Below, piece by piece: positions 47,995 to 57,083 of a stretch of 64,000 nucleotides of DNA. This DNA is from Caldisericota bacterium (GTDB taxonomy: Bacteria; Caldisericota; Caldisericia; JAAYUI01), in the NCBI GenBank assembly GCA_029548865.1, contig JAKPMO010000026.1, forward strand, positions 32,001-96,000, read 5' to 3'. How positions within the stretch are numbered: the first letter of the stretch is position 1; each line of letters starts with the position of its first letter. The position numbers and the translations under genes were made by a program. The notes under the pieces are model-generated. The model searched no databases. It was not told the origin of the DNA and saw nothing but the letters and a program-made list of their open reading frames with translations.

Positions 47995-48528
47995 ATGAAA
48001 AAACTACTAGTTGTTTCAGTACTGTTTGCCTTAGCCTGTGGTTTGATGATGCCGGTGACCTATGGAACCAATGGTTCAACGGCTTTCAGACCATATGGCT
48101 GATGTCCTTCTGGAGGAGGCGGTGCGCCTCCACCACCACCCGCAGGTGCAACTACCGGTGGGTCAGCTGATACCGATTTGGCATCGGATCCGACGCCAAA
48201 GAGCTGGTGCAGCAATGTTCTTGAGAATGACACAATCAGACTTCCATTTAACCTAATGGGCGAGTGCAAGGGCCAGGCCCCAGTCAATAACATCGAGATC
48301 TCGCTTGACGGCGGTTCAACATGGTTCAAGGCAAATCTGAACACCAAGACAAATGAGTGGTCCTATGAGCTCAACACATCAATTCAGGGCTCAACCTACC
48401 AGCTTTTGACAAGGGCAACCGACAAAGCAGGCAGGACAGAACGCACAGTCAATCCAAATCTTGATGTCAGATATCGTAAGCGTCCGGTCACAATCAACAT
48501 TGTTTCGCCAGGGACTGGAAGAGAGTAA
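47995..48528 (+). CDS. Secreted Ig-like-domain protein with in-frame UGA at codon 36 (candidate selenoprotein; alternatively a nonsense-disrupted gene)
   Basis: SD AAGGAG 8 nt before ATG 47995; signal peptide MKKLLVVSVLFALACG; TGA 48100-48102 followed by TGT; the frame continues into ORF 48178-48528 (IEISLDGGSTW...RATDKAG). Confidence 0.7.
48111..48135 (+). promoter_or_regulatory. Candidate bacterial SECIS hairpin
   Basis: TGG-A-GGAGGC[GGTGC]GCCTCC-A-CCA; the apical loop begins with GG 18 nt after the UGA. Confidence 0.55.
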
Positions 48529-48548
48529 CTCAAACCTAGTTTTTCCAC

Positions 48549-48580
48549 AAAAAAGACCAGCTTTTAAGCTGGTCTTTTTT
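48549..48580. terminator. Bidirectional terminator
   Basis: AAAAAAGACCAGCTT-TT-AAGCTGGTCTTTTTT between convergent genes. Confidence 0.75.
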
Positions 48581-48626
48581 GTTTTTGGGCACAAATACGA
48601 ATAGCTTTTATAATTCCTTTGAATAT

Positions 48627-48659
48627 AAAAAAGCTGGTTTTGAAAAAACCAGCTTTTTT
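48627..48659. terminator. Bidirectional terminator
   Basis: AAAAAAGCTGGTTTT-GAA-AAAACCAGCTTTTTT. Confidence 0.7.
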
Positions 48660-48682
48660 GTTATCTGATGGCTATTATTAAA

Positions 48683-49129
48683 TCAGCAAATTTGAGAGCC
48701 TTTGTACTCCTCTTCCTCATCATCGTCTTCATCGTCAAAATCTTCATCGTCAAAATCGTCTTCTTCGTCATCCTGAAATTCACTGGCAAGATCTGGAACT
48801 GCCGCCATATATTCCTCCAGCATCTCTTGCGCCTCCTCAATTGATTCGTCTGAAACTAAAATTGGAACTGAGTTGGCTGAAGAAGGTCTCATTGCGGTCA
48901 TGAACCTTGTTGGCGAAGATTGATCAATGTAGGTTGCAGCAATGTCATTCTCCCTCAAAAACTCCACTATGGCCTGAGCCTCTGCCAGGTTGTCGGCCAT
49001 GTAGAGAATTTCTGGTTCGAACCCTGATTCGAGTTCCTCTTCGTCATAATCAGAAAAATCTTCACCGCAATTTGGACAAATTTCATCGGTTTCATCACAT
49101 ATTGTTTTACATTTTGGGCAAATATTCAT
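48683..49129 (-). CDS. Zinc-ribbon + DUF2007-like domain protein with acidic tail
   Basis: CPKC..CPNCG; EA..I..FL.ENDI.A; ILV.......A..ML; D/E-rich C-terminus; SD GAGGA. Confidence 0.75.
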   Translation of the reverse strand: MNICPKCKTICDETDEICPNCGEDFSDYDEEELESGFEPEILYMADNLAEAQAIVEFLRENDIAATYIDQSSPTRFMTAMRPSSANSVPILVSDESIEEAQEMLEEYMAAVPDLASEFQDDEEDDFDDEDFDDEDDDEEEEYKGSQIC

Positions 49130-49331
49130 GTTGTTTTTATCCTCTTTTTGGATTCTAAAAGTGCTGCTATTCTTGTCAACGCTAAGAACGGAAGATGATA
49201 ATGTTTTAGATATATCTAAAAGAAAGCGCCTGCAGGATTTAATTCCGAATCAGGTATTTTGGTGGGTTTAAGAATATGTTTAATGGCAGCTATAAATTAG
49301 TGTGCAAAAATATTACAACTACCGCGCAAAA

Positions 49332-50135
49332 TCATTCTATAAACTCTTTTTGGGACCTTGTCTGGGCAAGATATATCCCGATACAAAGGAATGCCGATAC
49401 TTCAAATATGAATGGGAGCCAGCCGAACCAGTAGTTTGAAGGCATGATTGGCCATGAGATTGCCAGTAGCATTGCTGAAACGGCCAAAATCCCACCTTTG
49501 GATTGAACAAGAAAGAAACATGATAGTGATGAGGCAAGAATTGACAAAATGAGGGCAATTGTTGTAAAGGGCCCTTCAATTGGGAGGGCTGTAGCAAGGA
49601 AAACGGCAAAAACAGGCCCGATCACTGCCAAATATTTGCTTTTTGTATCGACCACTTCAAAATTGGACGACCATAGAGTGATCCACAGGGTTCCAATAAA
49701 AGAGAGGCCAAGTGAAATCCACGACCAGATTGGAGAAACAAGGCCCGATTTGACAAGTGATGAAATAAAGAATGACGCAAAGAGAATTGAAAAACAGTAC
49801 ACAAGAGTGCATTTCTTTTGCCATATTGCTATGCCAAGGATTATTCCTGGGAGCACAATATTGATAAAACTGAAATATTTAACGCTCAAATTTTCAAGTG
49901 GTACGTATCCCATGGAAATAGTTTTCCCAACAGAAAGTGCCACCCCAAAAACGATTGATGCCATTAGAATGCCCTTGTTTTTGCTTGCAATTCCAATGGC
50001 TATGATGAGGATTGAGATTAGAATGTATATAAAAAAGCCATTTTTCAGGCCCTCTATAAGGCCAAGCTGGTCGAGTATTATTGATGCAAGGGCAAGAACG
50101 CCAGCGACAACAAGGGCGATTGTTCTCTTGTTCAT
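49332..50135 (-). CDS. Polytopic membrane protein of unknown function
   Basis: About 9-10 hydrophobic segments; start at MNKRTIAL, since the longer ORF would overlap ahcY. Confidence 0.7.
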   Translation of the reverse strand: MNKRTIALVVAGVLALASIILDQLGLIEGLKNGFFIYILISILIIAIGIASKNKGILMASIVFGVALSVGKTISMGYVPLENLSVKYFSFINIVLPGIILGIAIWQKKCTLVYCFSILFASFFISSLVKSGLVSPIWSWISLGLSFIGTLWITLWSSNFEVVDTKSKYLAVIGPVFAVFLATALPIEGPFTTIALILSILASSLSCFFLVQSKGGILAVSAMLLAISWPIMPSNYWFGWLPFIFEVSAFLCIGIYLAQTRSQKEFIE

Positions 50136-50230
50136 GCAAAGCATTCTAGCAGGGCTTTTACCCTTTTCAATGCAAACTTTTAAATGGAAAAGAAATCTGC
50201 TATTTTGTTGTTTGCATAAGGAGGAGTTTA

Positions 50231-51460
50231 ATGAGCAGAATCTATGATGAAAAACTAAAAGATGCAGGCCTTTTGAAGATAGATTGGGTTTCAAAAAGAA
50301 TGCCTGTCCTCACGAATCTTTCGGAATATCTAAAAGGCAAGTTTAGTGGGGTAAAAATCTCCATGTCCATACATCTTGAGGCCAAAACAGCTTATCTTGC
50401 AAAGGTACTCAAATTATCAGGTGCCGAGGTTGCAATTTGTTCATCAAATCCCCTCACTGCACAAGACGATGTTGCTGCTGGCCTGGCCTCCCTTGGAGTA
50501 AATGTTTTTGCAAGAAGAGGTGAAAGCGAGACCGAGCATGAAGAAAACATTGAGAGTACCCTGGCAATTAATCCTGATCTTGTGCTTGATGATGGTGCTG
50601 ATCTTGTTGTGACAATGGTCAGAAAGCACCCAAATATGAAAGTCCTTTGTGCAACAGAAGAAACAACCTCTGGTTTGACCAGGATGAGGGCGCTCGCCCG
50701 TGAGGGCAAGCTGCCATGTCCTGTGATTGCCGTGAATGATGCCCAGAGCAAATATCTTTTTGACAACAGGTATGGAACAGGTCAGTCATCCTGGGATGGA
50801 ATAATGAGGACAACCAACCTGACAGTGTGTGGGAAAACAGTGGTAATAGGCGGCTATGGCTGGGTGGGCAGGGGACTTGCAATGAGAGCAAAAGGTCTTG
50901 GCGCCAGGGTTGTAGCGACTGAAGTTAACCCTATCAGGGCAATGGAGGCCTATTTTGACGGCTGTGAGGTCATGGAGATGAAAGATGCAGCCAGAATTGG
51001 CGACATCTTTGTGACCGCAACAGGTGACATCAACATAATTGATGGTAGACATTTTGATCTGTTGAAAGATGGGGCAATCCTTTGTAATGCCGGACATTTT
51101 GATGTGGAAGTGTCGATGGCCCAGCTCAGAAACTATGCGGTTTCTCACAGAGAAGCCAGAAACAATATCCAGGAATATATGCTGTCTTCTGGAAAAAAAA
51201 TCTATGTGCTTGGCGAGGGAAGACTTGTCAATCTGGTGTGTGCCGATGGCCACCCTGCGGAGATCATGGACCTCTCGTTTTCTTTACAGTCACTTTCCCT
51301 GCTTTATGGTCTGGAAAATGGGAAAAGCCTGGCAAAGGAAGTGGTCCCTGTTCCACAAAAGGTGGATATGGACGTTGCCAGGCTCAAATTGGAATCAGTT
51401 GGAGTAAAGGTCGACCAGTTGACTGAAGAGCAAGTTCGTTATTTGGCTTCTTGGGAATAG
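50231..51460 (+). CDS. ahcY: S-adenosylhomocysteine hydrolase
   Basis: HLEAKTA, SNPL..QDD, DDGAD, EETTSG, FDNRYGTGQS, GYGWVGRG, GRLVNL...GHP.EIMDLSF. Confidence 0.96.
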   Translation: MSRIYDEKLKDAGLLKIDWVSKRMPVLTNLSEYLKGKFSGVKISMSIHLEAKTAYLAKVLKLSGAEVAICSSNPLTAQDDVAAGLASLGVNVFARRGESETEHEENIESTLAINPDLVLDDGADLVVTMVRKHPNMKVLCATEETTSGLTRMRALAREGKLPCPVIAVNDAQSKYLFDNRYGTGQSSWDGIMRTTNLTVCGKTVVIGGYGWVGRGLAMRAKGLGARVVATEVNPIRAMEAYFDGCEVMEMKDAARIGDIFVTATGDINIIDGRHFDLLKDGAILCNAGHFDVEVSMAQLRNYAVSHREARNNIQEYMLSSGKKIYVLGEGRLVNLVCADGHPAEIMDLSFSLQSLSLLYGLENGKSLAKEVVPVPQKVDMDVARLKLESVGVKVDQLTEEQVRYLASWE

Positions 51461-51846
51461 GTGTTCCTGGAGAGAATAAATCCATTTACTCCGGCCCAGA
51501 CCTGAACGATTACTGCAGCAACCATGAAGAAGAACATAAATGTGTTTACAGAGGCGGTTTTGTTCAATGCATCGAACCCATACATATAGCCTAGAAACGC
51601 TGCTACAATCAATGAAAGCCCAAGCTGGGCAAATGCAGCATGCCATGTTGCAAGGAGTGCAGAGCTCATTGTTCTGAGTTTCTCCTTGTTTTCAGCAGAA
51701 ACCTTGCCCCACTGGGCAATAAGGATTTTCTCGTTTTTCTTGAACGTGGCGAGTGAATAGATGAGTGCCACTATTGGTATGAAAAGAAATGTAATTCCAA
51801 GTATGATACCTGATGTTTTAATCTGTGAAACTTCGGTTTTGTCCAT
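51439..51846 (-). CDS. Small 3-TM membrane protein
   Basis: TTGAAG-17-TATAAT promoter, SD GGAGGT, ATG 51846 (MDKTEV); three hydrophobic helices. Confidence 0.7.
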   Translation of the reverse strand: MDKTEVSQIKTSGIILGITFLFIPIVALIYSLATFKKNEKILIAQWGKVSAENKEKLRTMSSALLATWHAAFAQLGLSLIVAAFLGYMYGFDALNKTASVNTFMFFFMVAAVIVQVWAGVNGFILSRNTYSQEAK

Positions 51847-51868
51847 GTTGTACCTCCACGCCAATTAT

Positions 51869-51922
51869 ATCTTGCGCAAGATCGTTCTTCAAGCTGCAGT
51901 GAGATGATTTCAACTGAAATCA
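51869..51922. promoter_or_regulatory. Two palindromic candidate operators in a divergent promoter region
   Basis: ATCTTGCGCAAGAT (51869-51882) and TGATTTCA-AC-TGAAATCA (51905-51922). Confidence 0.5.
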
Positions 51923-52032
51923 AAATGTGTAAAATCATGCTATTTACATAATTAAATCTGGCTCATTTAAATTTTGTAATAAACAGCATTTTATGTATAA
52001 TGTTACCAATCAAAAAAATTAAAGGACAATTT

Positions 52033-52974
52033 ATGGAAAAAACTTATACCGAAACTGACATCTTGGGCTCAATCAGAAAGATCAATCATGCAATTGCAAA
52101 AAGATCAAAGCTTGCGATAAGCAAATCAGGGTTTACTTTGCCGCAACTCTCTGTCATGCAGGAACTTCTACGCAAGGGCCCCATGACTGCAAGCGAACTC
52201 TCCAATTTTGTTTCAATAAGCATTTCTACCTTGACTGGTGTGGTAAGCAGGCTTGAAGCGAAAAAGATGGTGAAGAAAAACCAGTCAAAGCGTGACAGGC
52301 GATCTGTCGTCATTTCGATAACCAAAAAGGGAGAAGAAAAACTTGATGATCTCCCGCCCTTGGGGCTTGAAGATGCTCTTGAGTCACTTGGGTCTTGGGA
52401 CAAGAAAATTTTTGGCCCAATGGTTTCCAAGCTTGCATCAGCGCTTGAAACAGATGGGTTGGCCAAAAGTGGGGATGATGGACCCATGCTTGTTGGCACA
52501 TTTGATGGCGATTGTGGGAAAGTAGATATCTATAGAGTCGATTCGCTGGGTTCGCTAGAATTCTTTACAACAGCCGATGGCCTTGCGCGTTTTATTATGG
52601 ATGCCCTCCACCCTTACGAAGATACTTTTGAGGACACGCTAAGGGGTATAGATGATGCCATAGGTGGTGATCCAAGGAAGGGCGGTTTTATTGTCCTTGC
52701 TGTCCAGAACAAAAAGGTGCTTGGTGTTGTGGTGATGCTCGAAACGAGAATGCAGGGCTACATCCCTGACAAGTGCCTTCTTTTTGTCGGGGTGGACCAG
52801 AACAATCGTAGCCACGGGATTGGTAGAAAACTCATAGAAACGGCCGTAAAGGAGTCCAGGGGCGATATTTATCTGCATGTCGAGTATGCCAACAAGGGTG
52901 CCCAGCGCCTTTATGAGAGGATAGGCTTTGTAAACAGGTATGCCGAGATGAGGTATTACAAGCATTCGAAATAA
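52033..52974 (+). CDS. MarR-family regulator fused to a GNAT acetyltransferase
   Basis: FTLPQL..., STLTGVVSRLE.K.MV, DRRSV.I.IT.KG; then RSHGIGRKL, LHVE..N..A.RLYERIGF. Confidence 0.88.
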   Translation: MEKTYTETDILGSIRKINHAIAKRSKLAISKSGFTLPQLSVMQELLRKGPMTASELSNFVSISISTLTGVVSRLEAKKMVKKNQSKRDRRSVVISITKKGEEKLDDLPPLGLEDALESLGSWDKKIFGPMVSKLASALETDGLAKSGDDGPMLVGTFDGDCGKVDIYRVDSLGSLEFFTTADGLARFIMDALHPYEDTFEDTLRGIDDAIGGDPRKGGFIVLAVQNKKVLGVVVMLETRMQGYIPDKCLLFVGVDQNNRSHGIGRKLIETAVKESRGDIYLHVEYANKGAQRLYERIGFVNRYAEMRYYKHSK

Positions 52975-52992
52975 TCTGGGTTTTGCCTTGAT

Positions 52993-53029
52993 ATTAAAAA
53001 GGCCCTCCATTATGGAGGGCCTTTTTAAT
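52993..53029. terminator. Bidirectional terminator
   Basis: ATTAAAAAGGCCCTCCAT-T-ATGGAGGGCCTTTTTAAT between convergent genes. Confidence 0.85.
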
Positions 53030-53044
53030 TAGTTGTTACCTAAT

Positions 53045-56000
53045 TTATTTCATGTGGACGATTCTTTCGACCTTTTTATTAAGGCCGAATGCATCGTCAA
53101 CAGAGATAATCACTTTGTAATCGCCAGCTGAGGTGTAGGTGTGCGTTAGTGTGTGCGGCTCTTCATTTATTGCGGTGAAGATTTCTTTCTTGGAATTATC
53201 TCCGAAGTCGACAGTGACTTCATATGGTGAAGCACCATCTTTGCAGACTATCGTGAGTTCCATTTCCTGGCCGGCTTTGCCTTCCGAGGTCTTTGTGTTT
53301 ATCCCCTTCCAGGTAGCAACAACACTGAGCTCTCTTCTGGCATTGTCCGGAACGATGATGATGGTTGCGTAGGCATATTTATCTGGGAGGCCGAGGGCTG
53401 ATACTTTTCCGGTGTTAACAAGCACCATGTTGCTGGTCCTTGGAAGCATGTCCGGGTTCTTGATTCTGAATGTCAATACAAACCTCTTCGATTCCCCTGG
53501 CTGGAGGTCGCCAATGTCGTATTTTACAGAAGTTGCACCACCCTGGTTTGCAGGTCTTGATGAGACAAATTCAAATTCCCTTGGGAACAGGTCTGTCATG
53601 AACACTTCGCTGGCGACATCACCGCCAACATTTGCAACAGTCACTGTAAAGACTATGAGGTCCGTTGGCCTCAACACCATTGCTTTTGCAGTTTTTGTAA
53701 TCTGGGTCTTTGGTCTGTAGATCCCGAATGGGGCCTTGGCTGTTATTGGGTCGAGCTCATTTGTGAAGAGTATTGCGTTGTTTACAAATTCCAGGGTCTC
53801 TTCACCGAATATCTGGTGCTCGTCAATATTGAAGCTCAGAACATAAGTTAGTGACTCACCTGGCATGATAGTACCAATGTAGAGAGTCCAGATACCATTC
53901 CTGACTTCTCCAAGCGGCGGTTCAACCGTGATATAGGCAAGAACATTTGGCAATTCATCAACAAGCGTGACTTCAGTGAGCGGATCTGTGCCGCCATTTG
54001 TTACAACAAGGGTAAACTGGACTATTTCATTCTTCTTGAAGTAGCGCTGATTAACTGTTTTTGTCAGTGTAGCGCCACGAGTATGGATTGTGACGGTGGC
54101 CTGGGAATTGACTGGTTCAATGCCCCTGGCTGTGCAAATGGCAAAGTTTGTCACTGTAAGCGGTTCACCACCAAAGTTGTAGTCCGGGAGGACTCTGAAA
54201 GAGATGGTCAATGTTCTTATCTCACCGGTTGCCATGTCGCCAACGCCCCACTGTATTACATTACCATTGACGGTGACTGGTTCGGATGAGGAAATATACA
54301 TGAATTCGACTGGGAAAGTATCTGTTACGATGACGTTTGTTGAGGCATTGAATGCTGAATTTACTGTAAGTGTGAAGACGATCACTTCATTGGAGAAGTA
54401 GTCAGTTTTGGAAGACGATTTTATAAAACCTATTGCTCCTGATGTATTGCAAACTTCATTTGACACGAGCGGGATGTTTCTATCAAAACGGTGCCTGAAA
54501 GTTGCTCTGTTACAAATATTTGAAGTAACGGTTGCATCAACCAATACCTGGAAAGTGAATACTAGGTCATCTTCTTCGTCGTTTGCTATTGCCCAGCGTA
54601 GTATTGTCCCACTTGGCGAGCCATTTGGCGCATCACCAGCGATCCATGTGAAACCGCCATCAGTTGAGTAAGATGCAATTGCTGGATTGGCAGAACCACC
54701 GATGTATGTTGTTCCATTTGGTATTGCATCTGTAATGTACGCACCCCTGAGTGGGTCACCATCTGGATTGTCAAAAGACCAATTTAATCTATAGGTGAGT
54801 GTGTCACCACCCCTTACTGGAGCAGCGTCATCGGTGAAATCAAGATCTCCGTCTACATCAACTTCTTTTGTCAGATCAAAAGTACCGGTCATGTTGAAGA
54901 AAAGCCTCACATACATTATTTCCCAGTTTTTGGGCGGGTTTGTTGGGTCGTAATCACTCGCTTCATTGTATGTGAAATCTTCCCATGAGATGTGTGGCAT
55001 GTCGACACTATCGACGATCAGATCTGGCTCAAGTGAATCCCTTCTATTGGCACTGACAACAACATTTGTTCCATCAGTGGAGCTGTATGTTTGCTTGTTT
55101 CCACAAAGCCAGTTTGATCCGTTCCAGTAGAAGTAGCAAATTTCAAAATTGCTGTTCCAAGTGTTGTCTGACCATGCAATGTGTGGGTTATTGTTTGAGT
55201 CAAGCTCAAGGGACGGAGTGTTTGAATCACCAGTATTATTGGTGACGTTTGCATTGGTGCCATTGTATACAGCATTATTTATAGTGATCCAGGATGATCC
55301 ACTCCATCTAACATAGAAAATATCAAAATTGCCGCTGGCCGTCCTGTTTGACCAAGCAATGTGCGGCCTGTTGTTTGTGTCCACTTCGAGCGATGGCCTG
55401 ACGGAAGTCGAAGTGCTACTGGAAACTCTGGGACTACTTGATGTCCAGACGCCCCCTGAGACATTGAGCCAGTCTGTGCCATTGGAGCGGACATAAGCAA
55501 TTTGCCATGTTACGCCCCAGTTCATGTCTTGCCATGCAATGTGCGGCCTGTTGTTTGAATCCAAGGCAAGAGACGAGAATTCGGAATCTTTGCCTGGGGT
55601 CTGGCTTACGATGACAGCGGTCATGCCACCACCACCCGACCATGAAACACCCCTATGGCTTACCCAATCTGTTGTTCCAGCAGTAGTCAGTCTGGCATAA
55701 ATTATTTCTCTATCACCCTTGTCATCCATTGTCATTGAAACATGTGGAAGATTGTTGGAATCAAGCTTGAGGCATGGGTCGTAATAGTTGATTTGTCCTG
55801 GAGGGCTTATCCTGCAGTTTCCAGTGGCGCCATACGAGGAATTGTTGTCCTGCTCCCATTGGCGATCAACCGGGTCCCAATGTACGTAGGCAGGTTCATA
55901 ATTGCTTCCCCATGTTACATCCACCCAAACGATGTGTGGCATATCATTTGAATCGAGCTGGAGCGATGGGTTAATTGAGGCGAGTCTTGTTTTTGAGACG

Positions 56001-56341
56001 TTGGCATTTGAGACATTGTAAGTTGCACCTTGAGCATTGACCCAATTTGTTCCGTTCCACCAGGCGTAGAATATATCTGTCGCAACTGGATCTGTCCCCG
56101 TGTTGTCTGTCCAGGCAATATGTGGTCTTCCAAGTGAATCAATCGCAAGAGAGGCTTCTGTAGAAGTCCCGGTGTTTACACTAACATTTGCATTTGTTTT
56201 TGGTGGTCCTGGGTTATATGTCTGATCTTTTACATTTACCCATAAAGTGGCGCTTGCAACATTTTTAATTAAAGGTGTTGCTACAAAAGATGACAGCAAC
56301 ATTAGAGCAGACAAAACAATAGCTATATATCTATGCTTCAT
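53045..56341 (-). CDS. Large secreted surface protein: 7-repeat beta-propeller, four DUF11-like Ig domains, C-terminal PKD-like domain
   Basis: Signal peptide; 7 copies of SL.lDsnn.PHiaW; 4 copies of K.....d.i.ft..v.N..v.vtD.fP; VDFGD..HTY...G.Y.V. Confidence 0.85.
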   Translation of the reverse strand: MKHRYIAIVLSALMLLSSFVATPLIKNVASATLWVNVKDQTYNPGPPKTNANVSVNTGTSTEASLAIDSLGRPHIAWTDNTGTDPVATDIFYAWWNGTNWVNAQGATYNVSNANVSKTRLASINPSLQLDSNDMPHIVWVDVTWGSNYEPAYVHWDPVDRQWEQDNNSSYGATGNCRISPPGQINYYDPCLKLDSNNLPHVSMTMDDKGDREIIYARLTTAGTTDWVSHRGVSWSGGGGMTAVIVSQTPGKDSEFSSLALDSNNRPHIAWQDMNWGVTWQIAYVRSNGTDWLNVSGGVWTSSSPRVSSSTSTSVRPSLEVDTNNRPHIAWSNRTASGNFDIFYVRWSGSSWITINNAVYNGTNANVTNNTGDSNTPSLELDSNNNPHIAWSDNTWNSNFEICYFYWNGSNWLCGNKQTYSSTDGTNVVVSANRRDSLEPDLIVDSVDMPHISWEDFTYNEASDYDPTNPPKNWEIMYVRLFFNMTGTFDLTKEVDVDGDLDFTDDAAPVRGGDTLTYRLNWSFDNPDGDPLRGAYITDAIPNGTTYIGGSANPAIASYSTDGGFTWIAGDAPNGSPSGTILRWAIANDEEDDLVFTFQVLVDATVTSNICNRATFRHRFDRNIPLVSNEVCNTSGAIGFIKSSSKTDYFSNEVIVFTLTVNSAFNASTNVIVTDTFPVEFMYISSSEPVTVNGNVIQWGVGDMATGEIRTLTISFRVLPDYNFGGEPLTVTNFAICTARGIEPVNSQATVTIHTRGATLTKTVNQRYFKKNEIVQFTLVVTNGGTDPLTEVTLVDELPNVLAYITVEPPLGEVRNGIWTLYIGTIMPGESLTYVLSFNIDEHQIFGEETLEFVNNAILFTNELDPITAKAPFGIYRPKTQITKTAKAMVLRPTDLIVFTVTVANVGGDVASEVFMTDLFPREFEFVSSRPANQGGATSVKYDIGDLQPGESKRFVLTFRIKNPDMLPRTSNMVLVNTGKVSALGLPDKYAYATIIIVPDNARRELSVVATWKGINTKTSEGKAGQEMELTIVCKDGASPYEVTVDFGDNSKKEIFTAINEEPHTLTHTYTSAGDYKVIISVDDAFGLNKKVERIVHMK

Positions 56342-56567
56342 TTTTCACCTCTACAGAATAAACAGCCGCTAGGGATTAGTGCTAATAGTCAATGGGTCAA
56401 ATTATCTTATTTTTGCAGTTTCTGAGAGGAATATTCTCGTTTTTGTAGTATTGCTAAAATTTAAACTATTGGTAAATATATTGCTAAACATTAATGTCAT
56501 TTTGATTATTTTTTAATAGTTAGTGTAGATTTTGGGAAAATTTATGAATTTCAGGAAAGAAATTTCT

Positions 56568-57083
56568 TTAAATTGTTTTGATCATCTTCCTGACGAGAGT
56601 TTTAAAACCAGATGTTTCATAAATTTCTAAAGATTCTTTATTGAATTCGTGCACATCAATGACTATTTGTTTGATCTTTTTAATTTTTGCGGTTTCTTCA
56701 ATCTTGGCTATTAATGCCTGTTTCAACTCATTTTTGTGGTAATGATCATCTATGGCAATCTCATTCACAATTATAAAGGGTGGCGAGATCAGGTCGTCAT
56801 GTTTGTGGCAGATCTCGCTGTAGGCATAGCCTATGATTGGGCTGTTCTCTCCGGTTTTTGCTACGATAAACAAATTGTTTAAGTCATCAAGTGCCATATC
56901 ATAATAGTATTTGTCTATTTCACCAGTTTCCACATGGTTTTTCGAAACATCTAAATGCAAACGCATGATTTTCTGGTATTGTCTATTTAGGGAAATTATT
57001 TCATCAACAAGCTTTTTTCTTTCTTCCTGACCCAATTTTTCTGGGTCTACCATTTTGATGATTACCTTATTTTCACCCGTCAT
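56568..57083 (-). CDS. GNAT family acetyltransferase (degenerate acetyl-CoA motif)
   Basis: IIGYAY, IIVNEIAID..Y......ALI..IE..AK, IDVHEFN..SL.IYE.SGF; ATGA-coupled to the upstream ORF. Confidence 0.8.
   Translation of the reverse strand: MTGENKVIIKMVDPEKLGQEERKKLVDEIISLNRQYQKIMRLHLDVSKNHVETGEIDKYYYDMALDDLNNLFIVAKTGENSPIIGYAYSEICHKHDDLISPPFIIVNEIAIDDHYHKNELKQALIAKIEETAKIKKIKQIVIDVHEFNKESLEIYETSGFKTLVRKMIKTI

Noticed and set aside
48100..48102. Genome-wide UGA reassignment (code 4 or 25) as the explanation for the in-frame UGA
   Set aside because: TGA terminates conserved genes at their expected ends (fixC, fixX, hypD, alaS, gdhA).
48705..48775. Short tandem repeats (TCATCGTCAAAATC) as a CRISPR or VNTR element
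   Set aside because: They encode the acidic DDEDFDD tail of the minus-strand CDS; no spacers.
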